Assembly (NCBI RefSeq): GCF_058153355.1
Contig: NZ_CM177019.1
DNA: 64,000 bases
Reading direction: 5' to 3' (one strand)
Shown here: piece by piece, positions 1-10,314 of the stretch
Position numbering within the stretch: the stretch's first letter is position 1
Layout of the letters: every line of letters begins with the position of its first letter
Notes under the pieces: model-generated
Told to the model about the DNA's origin: nothing
Databases searched by the model: none
Seen by the model: only the letters and a program-made list of their open reading frames with translations
Translations under genes and position numbers: made by a program

Positions 1-1
1 A

Positions 2-1651
2 GAAGGTGGTAAAGAGTACAACACCGTCGATATGAGTCCGCAGCGCCTGTTTAATGATTATATGCCGCCGTACAAAGCGGGGCTGGACGCAGGCAGCGGC
101 GCGGTGATGGTGGCGCTGAACTCGCTGAACGGCACGCCAGCCACCTCCGACTCCTGGCTGCTGAAAGATGTTCTGCGCGACCAGTGGGGCTTTAAAGGCA
201 TCACCGTTTCCGATCACGGCGCAATCAAAGAGCTGATTAAACATGGCACGGCGGCAGACCCGGAAGATGCGGTGCGCGTGGCACTGAAATCGGGCATCAA
301 CATGAGTATGAGCGACGAGTATTACTCGAAGTATCTGCCTGGGTTGATCAAATCCGGCAAAGTGACGATGGAAGAGCTGGATGACGCTGCCCGTCATGTA
401 CTGAACGTGAAATATGATATGGGGTTGTTTAACGACCCGTACAGCCATCTCGGTCCGAAAGAGTCTGACCCGGTGGATACCAATGCCGAAAGCCGCCTGC
501 ACCGCAAAGAAGCGCGTGAAGTGGCACGCGAAAGCCTGGTGTTGCTGAAAAACCGTCTCGAAACGTTACCGCTGAAAAAATCAGCCACCATTGCGGTGGT
601 TGGGCCACTGGCGGACAGCAAACGTGACGTGATGGGCAGCTGGTCCGCAGCCGGTGTTGCCGATCAATCCGTGACCGTACTGACCGGGATTAAAAATGCC
701 GTCGGTGAAAACGGTAAAGTGCTGTACGCCAAAGGGGCGAACGTTACCAGTGACAAAGGCATTATCGATTTCCTGAATCAGTATGAAGAGGCGGTCAAAG
801 TCGATCCGCGTTCGCCCCAAGAGATGATTGATGAAGCGGTGCAAACCGCGAAACAATCTGATGTGGTGGTGGTTGTGGTCGGTGAAGCTCAGGGGATGGC
901 GCACGAGGCTTCCAGCCGTACCGATATTACTATTCCGCAAAGCCAACGTGACTTGATTGCGGCGCTGAAAGCCACCGGTAAACCGCTGGTGCTGGTGCTG
1001 ATGAACGGACGTCCACTGGCGCTGGTGAAAGAAGATCAGCAGGCTGATGCGATTCTGGAAACCTGGTTTGCGGGGACTGAAGGCGGTAATGCGATTGCCG
1101 ATGTGTTGTTTGGCGATTACAACCCGTCGGGCAAGCTGCCGATGTCCTTCCCGCGTTCTGTCGGGCAGATCCCGGTGTACTACAGCCATCTGAATACCGG
1201 TCGGCCGTATAATGCCGACAAGCCGAACAAATACACTTCGCGTTATTTTGATGAAGCTAACGGGGCGCTGTATCCGTTCGGCTATGGTCTGAGCTATACC
1301 ACCTTCACCGTCTCTGATGTGAAACTTTCTGCGCCGACCATGAAGCGTGACGGCAAAGTGACCGCCAGTGTGCAGGTGACGAACACCGGTAAGCGCGAAG
1401 GGGCGACGGTAGTGCAGATGTACTTGCAGGATGTGACGGCTTCCATGAGTCGCCCGGTGAAGCAGCTGAAAGGCTTTGAGAAAATCACCCTGAAACCGGG
1501 CGAAACTCAGACCGTCAGCTTCCCGATTGATATCGAGGCGCTGAAGTTCTGGAATCAACAGATGAAATATGACGTCGAGCCTGGCAAGTTCAATGTCTTT
1601 ATCGGCACTGATTCCGCACGCGTTAAGAAAGGCGAGTTTGAGTTGCTGTAA
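2..1651 (+). CDS. bglX: periplasmic beta-glucosidase BglX (glycoside hydrolase family 3), 3' ~550 codons; the 5' end is off-window
   Basis: The frame is open from the window edge (nt 2) to TAA at 1649-1651. The translation is recognised as BglX, and the gene is syntenic with the downstream osmF-yehYXW. Confidence 0.9.
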   Translation, partial: EGGKEYNTVDMSPQRLFNDYMPPYKAGLDAGSGAVMVALNSLNGTPATSDSWLLKDVLRDQWGFKGITVSDHGAIKELIKHGTAADPEDAVRVALKSGINMSMSDEYYSKYLPGLIKSGKVTMEELDDAARHVLNVKYDMGLFNDPYSHLGPKESDPVDTNAESRLHRKEAREVARESLVLLKNRLETLPLKKSATIAVVGPLADSKRDVMGSWSAAGVADQSVTVLTGIKNAVGENGKVLYAKGANVTSDKGIIDFLNQYEEAVKVDPRSPQEMIDEAVQTAKQSDVVVVVVGEAQGMAHEASSRTDITIPQSQRDLIAALKATGKPLVLVLMNGRPLALVKEDQQADAILETWFAGTEGGNAIADVLFGDYNPSGKLPMSFPRSVGQIPVYYSHLNTGRPYNADKPNKYTSRYFDEANGALYPFGYGLSYTTFTVSDVKLSAPTMKRDGKVTASVQVTNTGKREGATVVQMYLQDVTASMSRPVKQLKGFEKITLKPGETQTVSFPIDIEALKFWNQQMKYDVEPGKFNVFIGTDSARVKKGEFELL

Positions 1652-1661
1652 TGCTTTAGTA

Positions 1662-1684
1662 AGGGCGCGACGTCTGCGCCCTTT

Positions 1685-1686
<2 letters not shown>
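1662..1686 (+). terminator. hairpin just after the bglX stop
   Basis: agggcgc-gacgtct-gcgccct forms a 7-bp GC-rich stem, followed by only a short ttg, so the T-tract is weak. Confidence 0.45.
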
Positions 1687-1782
<96 letters not shown>

Positions 1783-1923
1783 GAAACGCCGGGCAAAATA
1801 TGCCCTTTAAGTATTTATCTGATTCTGCAACTGAATCCTTCCGCTCAGGCTAACCCCGCCATTATCAACTATGCTTTTCTCTTAATTCGCTGAAAACAAC
1901 AGTAAAAGAATGAGGAAAGCATC

Positions 1924-2841
1924 ATGCCACTCTCAAAGCTCTGGGCAGGTTCACTGGTTTTGTTGGCAGCCGTGAGCCTGCCGCTACAGGCGGCTTCCCC
2001 CGTTAAAGTCGGTTCGAAAATCGATACCGAAGGCGCGCTACTCGGCAACATTATTTTGCAAGTGCTGGAAAGCCACGGCGTACCGACGGTGAATAAAGTC
2101 CAGTTGGGAACCACGCCGGTGGTGCGCGGGGCGATTACTTCCGGTGAACTGGATATCTATCCGGAATATACCGGCAATGGCGCGTTTTTCTTTAAAGATG
2201 AAAACGATGCGGCGTGGAAAAATGCCGGGCAAGGCTACGAGAAAGTCAAAAAGCTCGATGCAGAACAAAACAAGTTAATCTGGCTGACGCCTGCGCCTGC
2301 AAATAACACCTGGACCATCGCCGTGCGTCAGGATGTTGCAGAGAAAAACAAACTCACTTCGCTTGCCGACCTGAGTCGTTATCTGAAAGACGGTGGCACC
2401 TTCAAACTGGCGGCCTCAGCAGAGTTTATCGAACGCGCCGATGCCTTACCCGCTTTTGAAAAAGCCTATGGCTTTAAGCTCAGTCAGGATCAGTTGCTGT
2501 CACTGGCCGGTGGCGACACTGCGGTGACAATCAAAGCTGCTGCCCAGCAAACATCCGGCGTTAATGCGGCGATGGCTTACGGCACCGACGGCCCGGTCGC
2601 GGCGCTGGGGCTGCAAACCTTAAGCGATCCGCAAGGCGTGCAACCTATCTACGCGCCTGCACCAGTGGTGCGTGAATCGGTGTTGAAGGAGTATCCGCAA
2701 ATGGCACAGTGGCTACAGCCAGTCTTCGCCAGCCTCGATGCAAAAACATTGCAGCAACTGAATGCCAGCATTGCTGTGGAAGGACTGGATGCCAAAAAAG
2801 TGGCTGCCGACTACCTGAAACAAAAAGGGTGGACGAAGTAA
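1924..2841 (+). CDS. osmF: periplasmic glycine-betaine/osmoprotectant-binding protein of the YehZYXW ABC transporter
   Basis: 305-aa ORF with a signal peptide (…LLAAVSLPLQAASP). It is the first gene of a four-gene ABC operon, and the sequence is recognised as OsmF/YehZ. Confidence 0.9.
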   Translation: MPLSKLWAGSLVLLAAVSLPLQAASPVKVGSKIDTEGALLGNIILQVLESHGVPTVNKVQLGTTPVVRGAITSGELDIYPEYTGNGAFFFKDENDAAWKNAGQGYEKVKKLDAEQNKLIWLTPAPANNTWTIAVRQDVAEKNKLTSLADLSRYLKDGGTFKLAASAEFIERADALPAFEKAYGFKLSQDQLLSLAGGDTAVTIKAAAQQTSGVNAAMAYGTDGPVAALGLQTLSDPQGVQPIYAPAPVVRESVLKEYPQMAQWLQPVFASLDAKTLQQLNASIAVEGLDAKKVAADYLKQKGWTK

Positions 2842-2847
2842 TTTCCC

Positions 2848-4005
2848 GTGACTTATTTCCGTATTAATCCTGTTCTGGCGCTGCTGCTGTTGCTGACGGC
2901 AATCGCAGCGGCGCTGCCGTTTATCAGTTACGCGCCTAATCGTTTAGTCTCGGGTGAGGGGCGTCATCTCTGGCAGCTGTGGCCGCAAACGATCTGGATG
3001 CTGGTGGGCGTTGGTTGCGCCTGGCTGACCGCCTGTTTTATTCCCGGTAAAAAAGGCAGCATTTTTGCACTCATTCTGGCGCAATTCGTCTTCATATTGC
3101 TGGTGTGGGGCGCGGGAAAGGCGGCGACACAACTGGCGCAAAATGGCAGTGCGCTGGCGCGTACCAGCCTCGGCAGTGGTTTCTGGCTGGCTGCGGCGCT
3201 GGCATTGCTGGCCTGTAGCGATGCCATCCGCCGAATCTCCACGCATCCGCTGTGGCGCTGGTTGTTGCATATGCAGATTGCCATTATTCCGCTGTGGTTG
3301 CTGTACTCCGGTACGCTTAACGATCTTTCGCTAATGAAAGAATACGCCAACCGTCAGGATGTGTTTAATGACGCGCTGGCGCAACATCTGACGTTGCTGT
3401 TTGGTGCGGTGCTGCCTGCGTTAGTGATTGGTGTGCCGCTGGGCGTCTGGTGCTACTTTTCCACTGCGCGGCAGGGGGCGATTTTTTCTCTGCTGAATGT
3501 CATTCAGACCGTGCCTTCGGTGGCGCTCTTTGGCCTGTTGATTGCGCCGCTTGCCGCGCTGGTTACGGCCTTTCCGTGGCTGGGTAAGCTCGGCATAGCA
3601 GGAACCGGAATGACACCCGCACTGATTGCGCTGGTGCTCTATGCCTTGCTGCCGCTGGTGCGCGGTGTGGTAGTCGGCTTGAACCAGATCCCGCACGATG
3701 TGCTGGAGAGCGCCACAGCGATGGGCTTGAACGGAGCACAGCGATTCCTGCATGTGCAGCTACCGCTGGCGTTACCGGTATTTCTGCGCAGCCTGCGGGT
3801 GGTGATGGTGCAAACCGTCGGCATGGCGGTGATTGCGGCATTAATCGGCGCAGGTGGTTTTGGTGCGCTGGTTTTCCAGGGGCTGCTAAGCAGTGCCATT
3901 GATTTAGTGTTGCTGGGGGTGATCCCGGTAATCGTACTGGCGGTGCTGATCGACGCACTGTTCGATCTGGTTATCGCACTGCTGAAGGTGAAACGTAATG
4001 ATTGA
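2848..4005 (+). CDS. yehY: ABC transporter permease
   Basis: 385-aa polytopic hydrophobic ORF. It lies 6 nt after osmF and overlaps the yehX start by 8 nt. Confidence 0.9.
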   Translation: MTYFRINPVLALLLLLTAIAAALPFISYAPNRLVSGEGRHLWQLWPQTIWMLVGVGCAWLTACFIPGKKGSIFALILAQFVFILLVWGAGKAATQLAQNGSALARTSLGSGFWLAAALALLACSDAIRRISTHPLWRWLLHMQIAIIPLWLLYSGTLNDLSLMKEYANRQDVFNDALAQHLTLLFGAVLPALVIGVPLGVWCYFSTARQGAIFSLLNVIQTVPSVALFGLLIAPLAALVTAFPWLGKLGIAGTGMTPALIALVLYALLPLVRGVVVGLNQIPHDVLESATAMGLNGAQRFLHVQLPLALPVFLRSLRVVMVQTVGMAVIAALIGAGGFGALVFQGLLSSAIDLVLLGVIPVIVLAVLIDALFDLVIALLKVKRND

Positions 4006-4924
4006 ATTTAGCCATGTCAGCAAACTGTTCGGCACACAAAAAGCCGTTAACGATCTCAATCTCAATTTTCAGGAAGGGAGTTTTTCGGTGCTGATTGGTA
4101 CATCAGGCTCCGGTAAATCCACCACATTGAAAATGATCAACCGTCTGGTAGAGCATGACAGCGGAGTGATCCGCTTTGCCGGAGAAGAAATTCGCTCGCT
4201 GCCAGTGCTGGAGTTACGCCGCCGGATGGGCTATGCCATTCAATCTATTGGCCTGTTTCCCCACTGGAGCGTGGCGCAAAACATTGCTACTGTGCCGCAA
4301 TTACAAAAATGGTCGCGGGCGCGGATCGACGACCGTATCGACGAATTAATGGCGCTACTGGGGCTGGAGCCGAATTTGCGTGAGCGTTATCCGCATCAGC
4401 TTTCCGGCGGTCAGCAGCAACGTGTGGGAGTGGCCCGCGCACTGGCTGCCGATCCGCAAGTCTTACTGATGGATGAACCCTTTGGCGCACTGGACCCGGT
4501 AACGCGCGGCGCGTTGCAACAAGAGATGACGCGTATTCACCGTTTGTTAGGGCGCACCATTGTGCTGGTCACTCATGATATTGATGAGGCGCTACGGCTG
4601 GCAGAACATCTGGTATTGATGGATCACGGTGAAGTGGTGCAGCAGGGCAATCCGCTGACGATGCTGACTCGTCCGGCGAATGAATTTGTCCGCCAGTTTT
4701 TTGGCCGTAGTGAACTGGGTGTGCGCCTGCTTTCGTTACGTAGCGTGGCGGATTATGTGCGCCGCGAAGAGCGGGCTGAAGGTGAGGCGCTGGCAGAAGA
4801 AATGACGCTACGCGATGCGCTCTCCCTGTTTGTCGCGCGGGGATGCGAAGTGCTGCCGGTGGTGAACACGCAGGGCCAGCCTTGCGGTACGCTGCATTTT
4901 CAGGATCTGCTGGTGGAGGCGTAA
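3998..4924 (+). CDS. yehX: ABC transporter ATP-binding protein
   Basis: Contains Walker [10 protein letters not shown], the ABC signature LSGGQQQRV and Walker [12 protein letters not shown]. Confidence 0.92.
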   Translation: MIEFSHVSKLFGTQKAVNDLNLNFQEGSFSVLIGTSGSGKSTTLKMINRLVEHDSGVIRFAGEEIRSLPVLELRRRMGYAIQSIGLFPHWSVAQNIATVPQLQKWSRARIDDRIDELMALLGLEPNLRERYPHQLSGGQQQRVGVARALAADPQVLLMDEPFGALDPVTRGALQQEMTRIHRLLGRTIVLVTHDIDEALRLAEHLVLMDHGEVVQQGNPLTMLTRPANEFVRQFFGRSELGVRLLSLRSVADYVRREERAEGEALAEEMTLRDALSLFVARGCEVLPVVNTQGQPCGTLHFQDLLVEA

Positions 4925-4928
4925 GCGT

Positions 4929-5660
4929 ATGAAGATGTTGCGCGATCCGCTGTTCTGGCTCATTGCTCTGTTTGTGGCGCTGATTTTCTGGCTGCCTTAC
5001 AGCCAGCCGCTGTTTTCTGCCTTGTTCCCACAACTGCCACGACCCGTTTATCAGCAAGAAAGTTTTGCCGTCCTGGCGCTGGCCCATTTCTGGCTGGTGG
5101 GAATTTCGAGTTTGTTTGCTGTGATCATTGGCGTTGGTGCCGGAATTGCCGTCACTCGACCGTGGGGTGCGGAATTTCGCCCACTGGTAGAAACTATCGC
5201 TGCCGTTGGGCAGACTTTTCCGCCCGTCGCGGTGCTGGCGATTGCTGTTCCGGTGATGGGGTTTGGTCTGCAACCGGCGATTATCGCCTTGATCCTGTAC
5301 GGTGTGCTGCCCGTCCTGCAGGCGACACTTGCCGGGCTGGGATCGATTGATGCCAGCGTGACAGAAGTTGCTAAAGGTATGGGAATGAGCCGTGGTCAGC
5401 AACTGCGTAAGGTCGAGCTACCGCTGGCGGCTCCGGTGATTCTGGCGGGCGTGCGAACTTCGGTGATTATCAACATTGGTACGGCGACGATCGCCTCAAC
5501 GGTAGGGGCCAGCACGCTGGGTACGCCCATCATCATCGGGCTTAGCGGATTTAATACCGCGTATGTGATCCAGGGGGCGTTACTGGTGGCACTGGCGGCG
5601 ATCATCGCAGACCGCCTGTTTGAAAGGCTGGTGCAGGCGCTTAGCCAGCACGCAAAATAA
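4929..5660 (+). CDS. yehW: ABC transporter permease
   Basis: 243-aa hydrophobic ORF that starts 4 nt after the yehX stop. Confidence 0.9.
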
Positions 5661-5748
5661 AGGTATAACCTGCGAGCATGACGCCACCAATTCCGCCTAA
5701 CGCCATAAACAGGAACAGGGCGATGACCCCAATTTTAGCTATGCGCAT
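5641..5748 (-). CDS. yohO: 35-aa small membrane protein YohO
   Basis: Manual translation of the minus strand gives [35 protein letters not shown]. This ORF is below the cutoff of the ORF track. A GGAG lies upstream (aaggagtgcattATG). The sequence matches my memory of YohO. Its 3' end overlaps the yehW 3' end by 20 nt. Confidence 0.75.
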
Positions 5749-5807
5749 AATGCACTCCTTATGTTAACGAAAGGATTGTACAGTAAAGCGCATTTGTTAA
5801 CGAATCA

Positions 5808-6539
5808 TTAAATGCCGAGTGGGAAAATATCATGGCCTTGTTCCTGCCAACTGGTAAGTTGCTGCTGTTGGGCAGAGGTTCGATTTTCACCGCACCACAC
5901 CAGCAATGTACGGCCTTCGAACAGTTCAGGGCGTAGTTGATTGAGCGAGTGGGCGAGGACATCAATGCGCCAGCCCTGTTGACTGGCAATCCAGCCCTCT
6001 AGCCACAGACGGGTGGTATCCTGAATATTCCAGCCAACCACCAGCGCATCTTTACCCTGTTTTTTACGTGCCGAAGCCAGACAAATGGCGATGTAGTTGA
6101 TCAGTACGCCGTCGAGGATCGCCAGCAGCGCCTGGAGAGTCGGTTGTTGGCACTGAAGTCGTCGGCGCAGAGGAATAAACAGGTGCGTGGTGAGTGTCTG
6201 GGCGGGGTAATCCTGACCGCGCTCTTTGATCCACGTTCGCAGGCTATGCAGATTGCCGCTTTGCAGGTAAGTCAGTAATGTTTCTTGCTGATCGCGCCAG
6301 CCGTTCTGCACATCAACATTTTCATTACTGAGCAGCATTTTAACTTTGCTGACCTGCACGCCGTTGTCGATCCAGCGTTTGATCTCGCGGATCCGGTCAA
6401 TATCGGCATCATTGAACAGCCGATGACCGCCGTCTGTCCGTTGCGGTTTCAGCAATCCGTAACGCCTCTGCCACGCGCGTAACGTGACAGGGTTAATATC
6501 ACAAAGCAACGCCACTTCACCAATTGTGTAAAGCGCCAT
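5808..6539 (-). CDS. mlrA: MerR-family transcriptional activator of csgD/curli
   Basis: 243 aa with an N-terminal MerR HTH (MALYTIGEVALLCDINPVTLRAWQRRYGLL). Its position between yehW and btsS agrees with K-12. Confidence 0.9.
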   Translation of the reverse strand: MALYTIGEVALLCDINPVTLRAWQRRYGLLKPQRTDGGHRLFNDADIDRIREIKRWIDNGVQVSKVKMLLSNENVDVQNGWRDQQETLLTYLQSGNLHSLRTWIKERGQDYPAQTLTTHLFIPLRRRLQCQQPTLQALLAILDGVLINYIAICLASARKKQGKDALVVGWNIQDTTRLWLEGWIASQQGWRIDVLAHSLNQLRPELFEGRTLLVWCGENRTSAQQQQLTSWQEQGHDIFPLGI

Positions 6540-6760
6540 CGTCTCACCCTTGCTCGCGAGGTCCCAGTTTAACTTTAGACGCAGTTTTGCGAACCAGGTA
6601 GTTTTGCCCGTTTTTTGTTCATCTATAGGGTGATTTTATTTTTGCCAGGCGATTTTGAGTGATCGTACTCACGAATTCTCATTTTTTTGCAAGAGTTCAA
6701 AGAAAGTTAAACGCAGGCAATGTATGTTACGCGTTTTAAAGGGAAGTGTGGTTTGCGGGT

Positions 6761-8446
6761 ATGTACGATTTTAATCTGGTGTTGCTGCTGCTTCAGCAGA
6801 TGTGCGTTTTTTTAGTCATTGCGTGGTTAATGAGTAAAACGCCATTATTCATACCGTTAATGCAGGTCACGGTTCGTCTGCCGCATAAATTTCTCTGCTA
6901 CATCGTCTTTTCCATCTTCTGCATCATGGGCACTTGGTTTGGGCTGCACATTGACGATTCTATTGCCAATACCCGTGCGATTGGTGCGGTAATGGGCGGC
7001 TTACTCGGCGGTCCGGTCGTCGGTGGGCTGGTTGGTCTGACCGGCGGGTTACATCGATATTCGATGGGGGGCATGACCGCGCTAAGTTGCATGATCTCGA
7101 CCATCGTTGAAGGATTGCTCGGCGGCCTGGTACACAGCATCCTGATCCGTCGCGGGCGCACTGATAAAGTCTTTAACCCCATTACCGCCGGTGCCGTCAC
7201 GTTCGTCGCTGAAATGGTGCAAATGTTGATCATCCTGGCGATCGCCCGACCTTATGAAGATGCGGTGCGTCTGGTGAGTAATATTGCTGCGCCAATGATG
7301 GTCACCAATACCGTCGGCGCGGCGCTGTTTATGCGTATATTGCTCGATAAACGCGCGATGTTTGAAAAATACACTTCGGCTTTTTCTGCTACTGCGCTGA
7401 AAGTGGCTGCCTCGACGGAAGGCATTTTGCGCCAGGGGTTTAACGAAGTGAACAGCATGAAAGTGGCACAGGTGCTGTATCAGGAGCTGGATATTGGTGC
7501 AGTCGCGATTACCGATCGAGAGAAATTGCTGGCCTTTACCGGAATTGGTGACGACCACCATTTACCTGGTAAACCGATTTCTTCGACTTACACCTTAAAA
7601 GCGATTGAAACCGGTGAAGTGGTCTACGCCGATGGCAACGAAGTGCCTTACCGTTGCTCGTTGCATCCGCAATGCAAACTGGGTTCGACGCTGGTGATTC
7701 CGTTGCGTGGTGAAAATCAGCGGGTGATGGGCACCATCAAATTGTATGAAGCCAAAAACCGTTTGTTCAGTTCAATCAATCGCACGCTGGGCGAGGGGAT
7801 TGCGCAACTGCTTTCGGCGCAGATCCTCGCCGGGCAATATGAGCGGCAAAAAGCGATGCTCACCCAGTCAGAGATCAAACTGCTTCACGCTCAGGTGAAC
7901 CCCCATTTTTTGTTTAATGCGCTTAACACCATTAAAGCGGTGATCCGCCGCGACAGCGAACAGGCCAGCCAGCTGGTGCAGTATCTTTCCACTTTTTTCC
8001 GCAAAAACTTAAAGCGGCCTTCGGAGTTTGTTACTCTCGCCGACGAAATTGAACATGTGAACGCTTATCTGCAAATTGAAAAGGCGCGCTTCCAGTCGCG
8101 GTTGCAGGTCAGCATTGCTATTCCGCAAGAATTATCCCAGCAGCAATTGCCCGCGTTTACCCTGCAACCGATTGTGGAAAACGCCATTAAACATGGGACA
8201 TCACAACTGCTGGATACAGGGCGAGTAGCAATCAGCGCCCGACGTGAGGGGCAACATTTGATGCTGGAGATCGAAGACAATGCTGGCTTGTATCAACCGG
8301 TAACCAATGCCAGCGGGCTGGGGATGAATCTGGTGGATAAGCGTTTACGTGAACGGTTTGGCGATGACTATGGGATAAGCGTCGCCTGTGAACCTGATAA
8401 TTACACCCGAATAACGTTACGACTGCCATGGAGGGACGAGGCATGA
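6761..8446 (+). CDS. btsS: LytS-family sensor histidine kinase (pyruvate sensing)
   Basis: The ATG at 6761 gives [13 protein letters not shown]…. The protein has a 5TM-Lyt membrane domain, a GAF-like region and a His-kinase region (HFLFNALN, N-box, G-boxes). The track ORF begins 5 codons earlier at a GTG. Confidence 0.88.
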   Translation: MYDFNLVLLLLQQMCVFLVIAWLMSKTPLFIPLMQVTVRLPHKFLCYIVFSIFCIMGTWFGLHIDDSIANTRAIGAVMGGLLGGPVVGGLVGLTGGLHRYSMGGMTALSCMISTIVEGLLGGLVHSILIRRGRTDKVFNPITAGAVTFVAEMVQMLIILAIARPYEDAVRLVSNIAAPMMVTNTVGAALFMRILLDKRAMFEKYTSAFSATALKVAASTEGILRQGFNEVNSMKVAQVLYQELDIGAVAITDREKLLAFTGIGDDHHLPGKPISSTYTLKAIETGEVVYADGNEVPYRCSLHPQCKLGSTLVIPLRGENQRVMGTIKLYEAKNRLFSSINRTLGEGIAQLLSAQILAGQYERQKAMLTQSEIKLLHAQVNPHFLFNALNTIKAVIRRDSEQASQLVQYLSTFFRKNLKRPSEFVTLADEIEHVNAYLQIEKARFQSRLQVSIAIPQELSQQQLPAFTLQPIVENAIKHGTSQLLDTGRVAISARREGQHLMLEIEDNAGLYQPVTNASGLGMNLVDKRLRERFGDDYGISVACEPDNYTRITLRLPWRDEA

Positions 8447-9162
8447 TTAAAGTCTTAATTGTCGATGACGAACCGTTAGCACGGGAGAACCTGCGCGTAT
8501 TTTTGCAGGAGCAGAGTGATATTGAAATTGTCGGCGAGTGTTCAAACGCTGTAGAAGGGATCGGCGCGGTGCATAAACTGCGCCCGGACGTGCTGTTCCT
8601 CGATATCCAGATGCCGCGCATCAGTGGTCTGGAAATGGTGGGAATGCTCGACCCGGAACATCGTCCGTATATCGTTTTTCTCACCGCGTTTGACGAATAC
8701 GCCATTAAAGCCTTTGAAGAACATGCATTTGATTATCTCCTGAAGCCAATTGATGAAGCGCGGCTGGAGAAAACGCTGGCGCGTTTGCGTCAGGAGCGCA
8801 GCAAGCAGGATGTTTCGCTGTTACCGGAAAATCAACAGGCGCTGAAATTTATCCCTTGTACGGGGCATAGTCGGATTTATTTGCTGCAAATGAGAGATGT
8901 AGCATTTGTCAGCAGTCGGATGAGCGGTGTCTACGTTACCAGCCACGAAGGGAAAGAAGGTTTTACCGAACTGACTTTGCGCACCCTGGAGAGCCGTACA
9001 CCACTACTGCGCTGCCATCGTCAGTACCTGGTTAACCTCGCGCATTTACAGGAGATTCGTCTGGAAGATAACGGCCAGGCCGAGTTGATTTTACGTAATG
9101 GCTTAACTGTTCCGGTCAGCCGCCGCTATCTGAAAAGTTTAAAAGAGGCGATTGGCCTGTAA
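8443..9162 (+). CDS. btsR: LytTR-family response regulator
   Basis: ATGA start/stop overlap with btsS. The receiver domain ([15 protein letters not shown]…FLDIQMP) is followed by a C-terminal LytTR domain. Confidence 0.88.
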   Translation: MIKVLIVDDEPLARENLRVFLQEQSDIEIVGECSNAVEGIGAVHKLRPDVLFLDIQMPRISGLEMVGMLDPEHRPYIVFLTAFDEYAIKAFEEHAFDYLLKPIDEARLEKTLARLRQERSKQDVSLLPENQQALKFIPCTGHSRIYLLQMRDVAFVSSRMSGVYVTSHEGKEGFTELTLRTLESRTPLLRCHRQYLVNLAHLQEIRLEDNGQAELILRNGLTVPVSRRYLKSLKEAIGL

Positions 9163-9208
9163 AAGACTGCTAAAATGGTTTTTTGCCTCATCAACACCTG
9201 AAGGCCTC

Positions 9209-9679
9209 ATGCTAAGTAACGATATTCTGCGCAGCGTGCGCTACATTTTGAAAGCCAATAATAACGACTTGGTGCGCATTCTGGCGCTGGGTAATGTCGA
9301 AGCCACTGCGGAACAGATCGCCGTCTGGCTACGCAAAGAAGACGAAGAAGGGTTTCAGCGTTGTCCGGACATTGTTCTGTCTTCATTCCTGAATGGCCTG
9401 ATTTATGAAAAACGTGGCAAGGATGAGTCAGCTCCGGCACTGGAGCCGGAACGTCGCATTAATAACAACATCGTGCTGAAAAAATTACGTATCGCGTTTT
9501 CGCTGAAAACTGATGATATTCTGGCGATCCTTACCGAACAGCAGTTCCGCGTTTCGATGCCGGAAATTACGGCGATGATGCGTGCACCGGATCATAAAAA
9601 CTTTCGTGAATGCGGCGATCAATTCATGCGTTATTTTCTGCGTGGGCTGGCAGCGCGCCAGCATGTGAAGAAAAGCTAA
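9209..9679 (+). CDS. yehS: DUF1456-family protein YehS
   Basis: The ATG at 9209 gives MLSNDILRSVRYILK…, 156 aa, with an internally duplicated domain. The longer track ORF (from 9152) overlaps the btsR end. Confidence 0.8.
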   Translation: MLSNDILRSVRYILKANNNDLVRILALGNVEATAEQIAVWLRKEDEEGFQRCPDIVLSSFLNGLIYEKRGKDESAPALEPERRINNNIVLKKLRIAFSLKTDDILAILTEQQFRVSMPEITAMMRAPDHKNFRECGDQFMRYFLRGLAARQHVKKS

Positions 9680-9688
9680 GACGGGTAT

Positions 9689-9715
9689 GGCGGCCATGCG
9701 AAGAACATGGCCGCC
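9689..9715. terminator. GC-rich hairpin between convergent yehS and yehR
   Basis: ggcggccatg-cgaagaa-catggccgcc forms a 10-bp perfect stem. There is no clear T-tract on either strand. Confidence 0.4.
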
Positions 9716-9721
9716 GACAGA

Positions 9722-10183
9722 TTATTTCACTTCTTTAAAACCAGCGGCTTTCATCACCAGTTCCATTTGCGCCATAGTGATACCTTTTTTGGCATCTTCA
9801 GCAGAAACGTTGATACCTGAAATACCCTGCAGGGCTTTAAAATCAACTTTTTCCATATCGATAGTCACGTTTTCCTGAGCATAAGTATCGGTAAAGGTTA
9901 ATTTTTCTTCAACGCCAGGGATGTTTTTATATTTGGCACTTAACGGCTCAAGTGTCTTGGCAGCATCTTCTTTGGTGGTTGCACCAATGGAAGCAAATTG
10001 AATTTTGGTTTCAGAAGATTGCTTAAGAACCTTGTCACCTTTGTAGACATAGGTAATAGCAATTTCAGTACCGTTCAGATTAGCGCTAAATTTCTTCGAT
10101 TCTTCTTTGTCACCGCAGCCAGCAAGAGAGAAAACCAGAACAGATGCAACAACAAGGGAAAACAGCTTATTGAAAGCCTTCAT
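9722..10183 (-). CDS. yehR: lipoprotein YehR (DUF1307)
   Basis: MKAFNKLFSLVVASVLVFSLAGC carries a lipobox (LAGC). The start at 10183 is preferred over the track start at 10195. Confidence 0.85.
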   Translation of the reverse strand: MKAFNKLFSLVVASVLVFSLAGCGDKEESKKFSANLNGTEIAITYVYKGDKVLKQSSETKIQFASIGATTKEDAAKTLEPLSAKYKNIPGVEEKLTFTDTYAQENVTIDMEKVDFKALQGISGINVSAEDAKKGITMAQMELVMKAAGFKEVK

Positions 10184-10314
10184 GTAAAACTCCATTTTAT
10201 TTAATCAAGGAACTGGTGACCACACCAGGGGCCATATAGGATATGCCTAATACCTTGGCGTGAGCAGTCCGGAACTGGAGTAGAACTCTTTGTAAAAAGC
10301 ACTATTTGTCCTTG

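Noticed and set aside
581-1558. 325-aa minus-strand ORF
   Set aside because: It is antisense to bglX. There is no RBS or family resemblance, so it is a typical long shadow ORF of GC-rich coding DNA.
4569-5402. 277-aa minus-strand ORF spanning the yehX/yehW junction
   Set aside because: It is antisense to two well-supported ABC genes, and its composition is Arg/Pro/Gln-rich nonsense.
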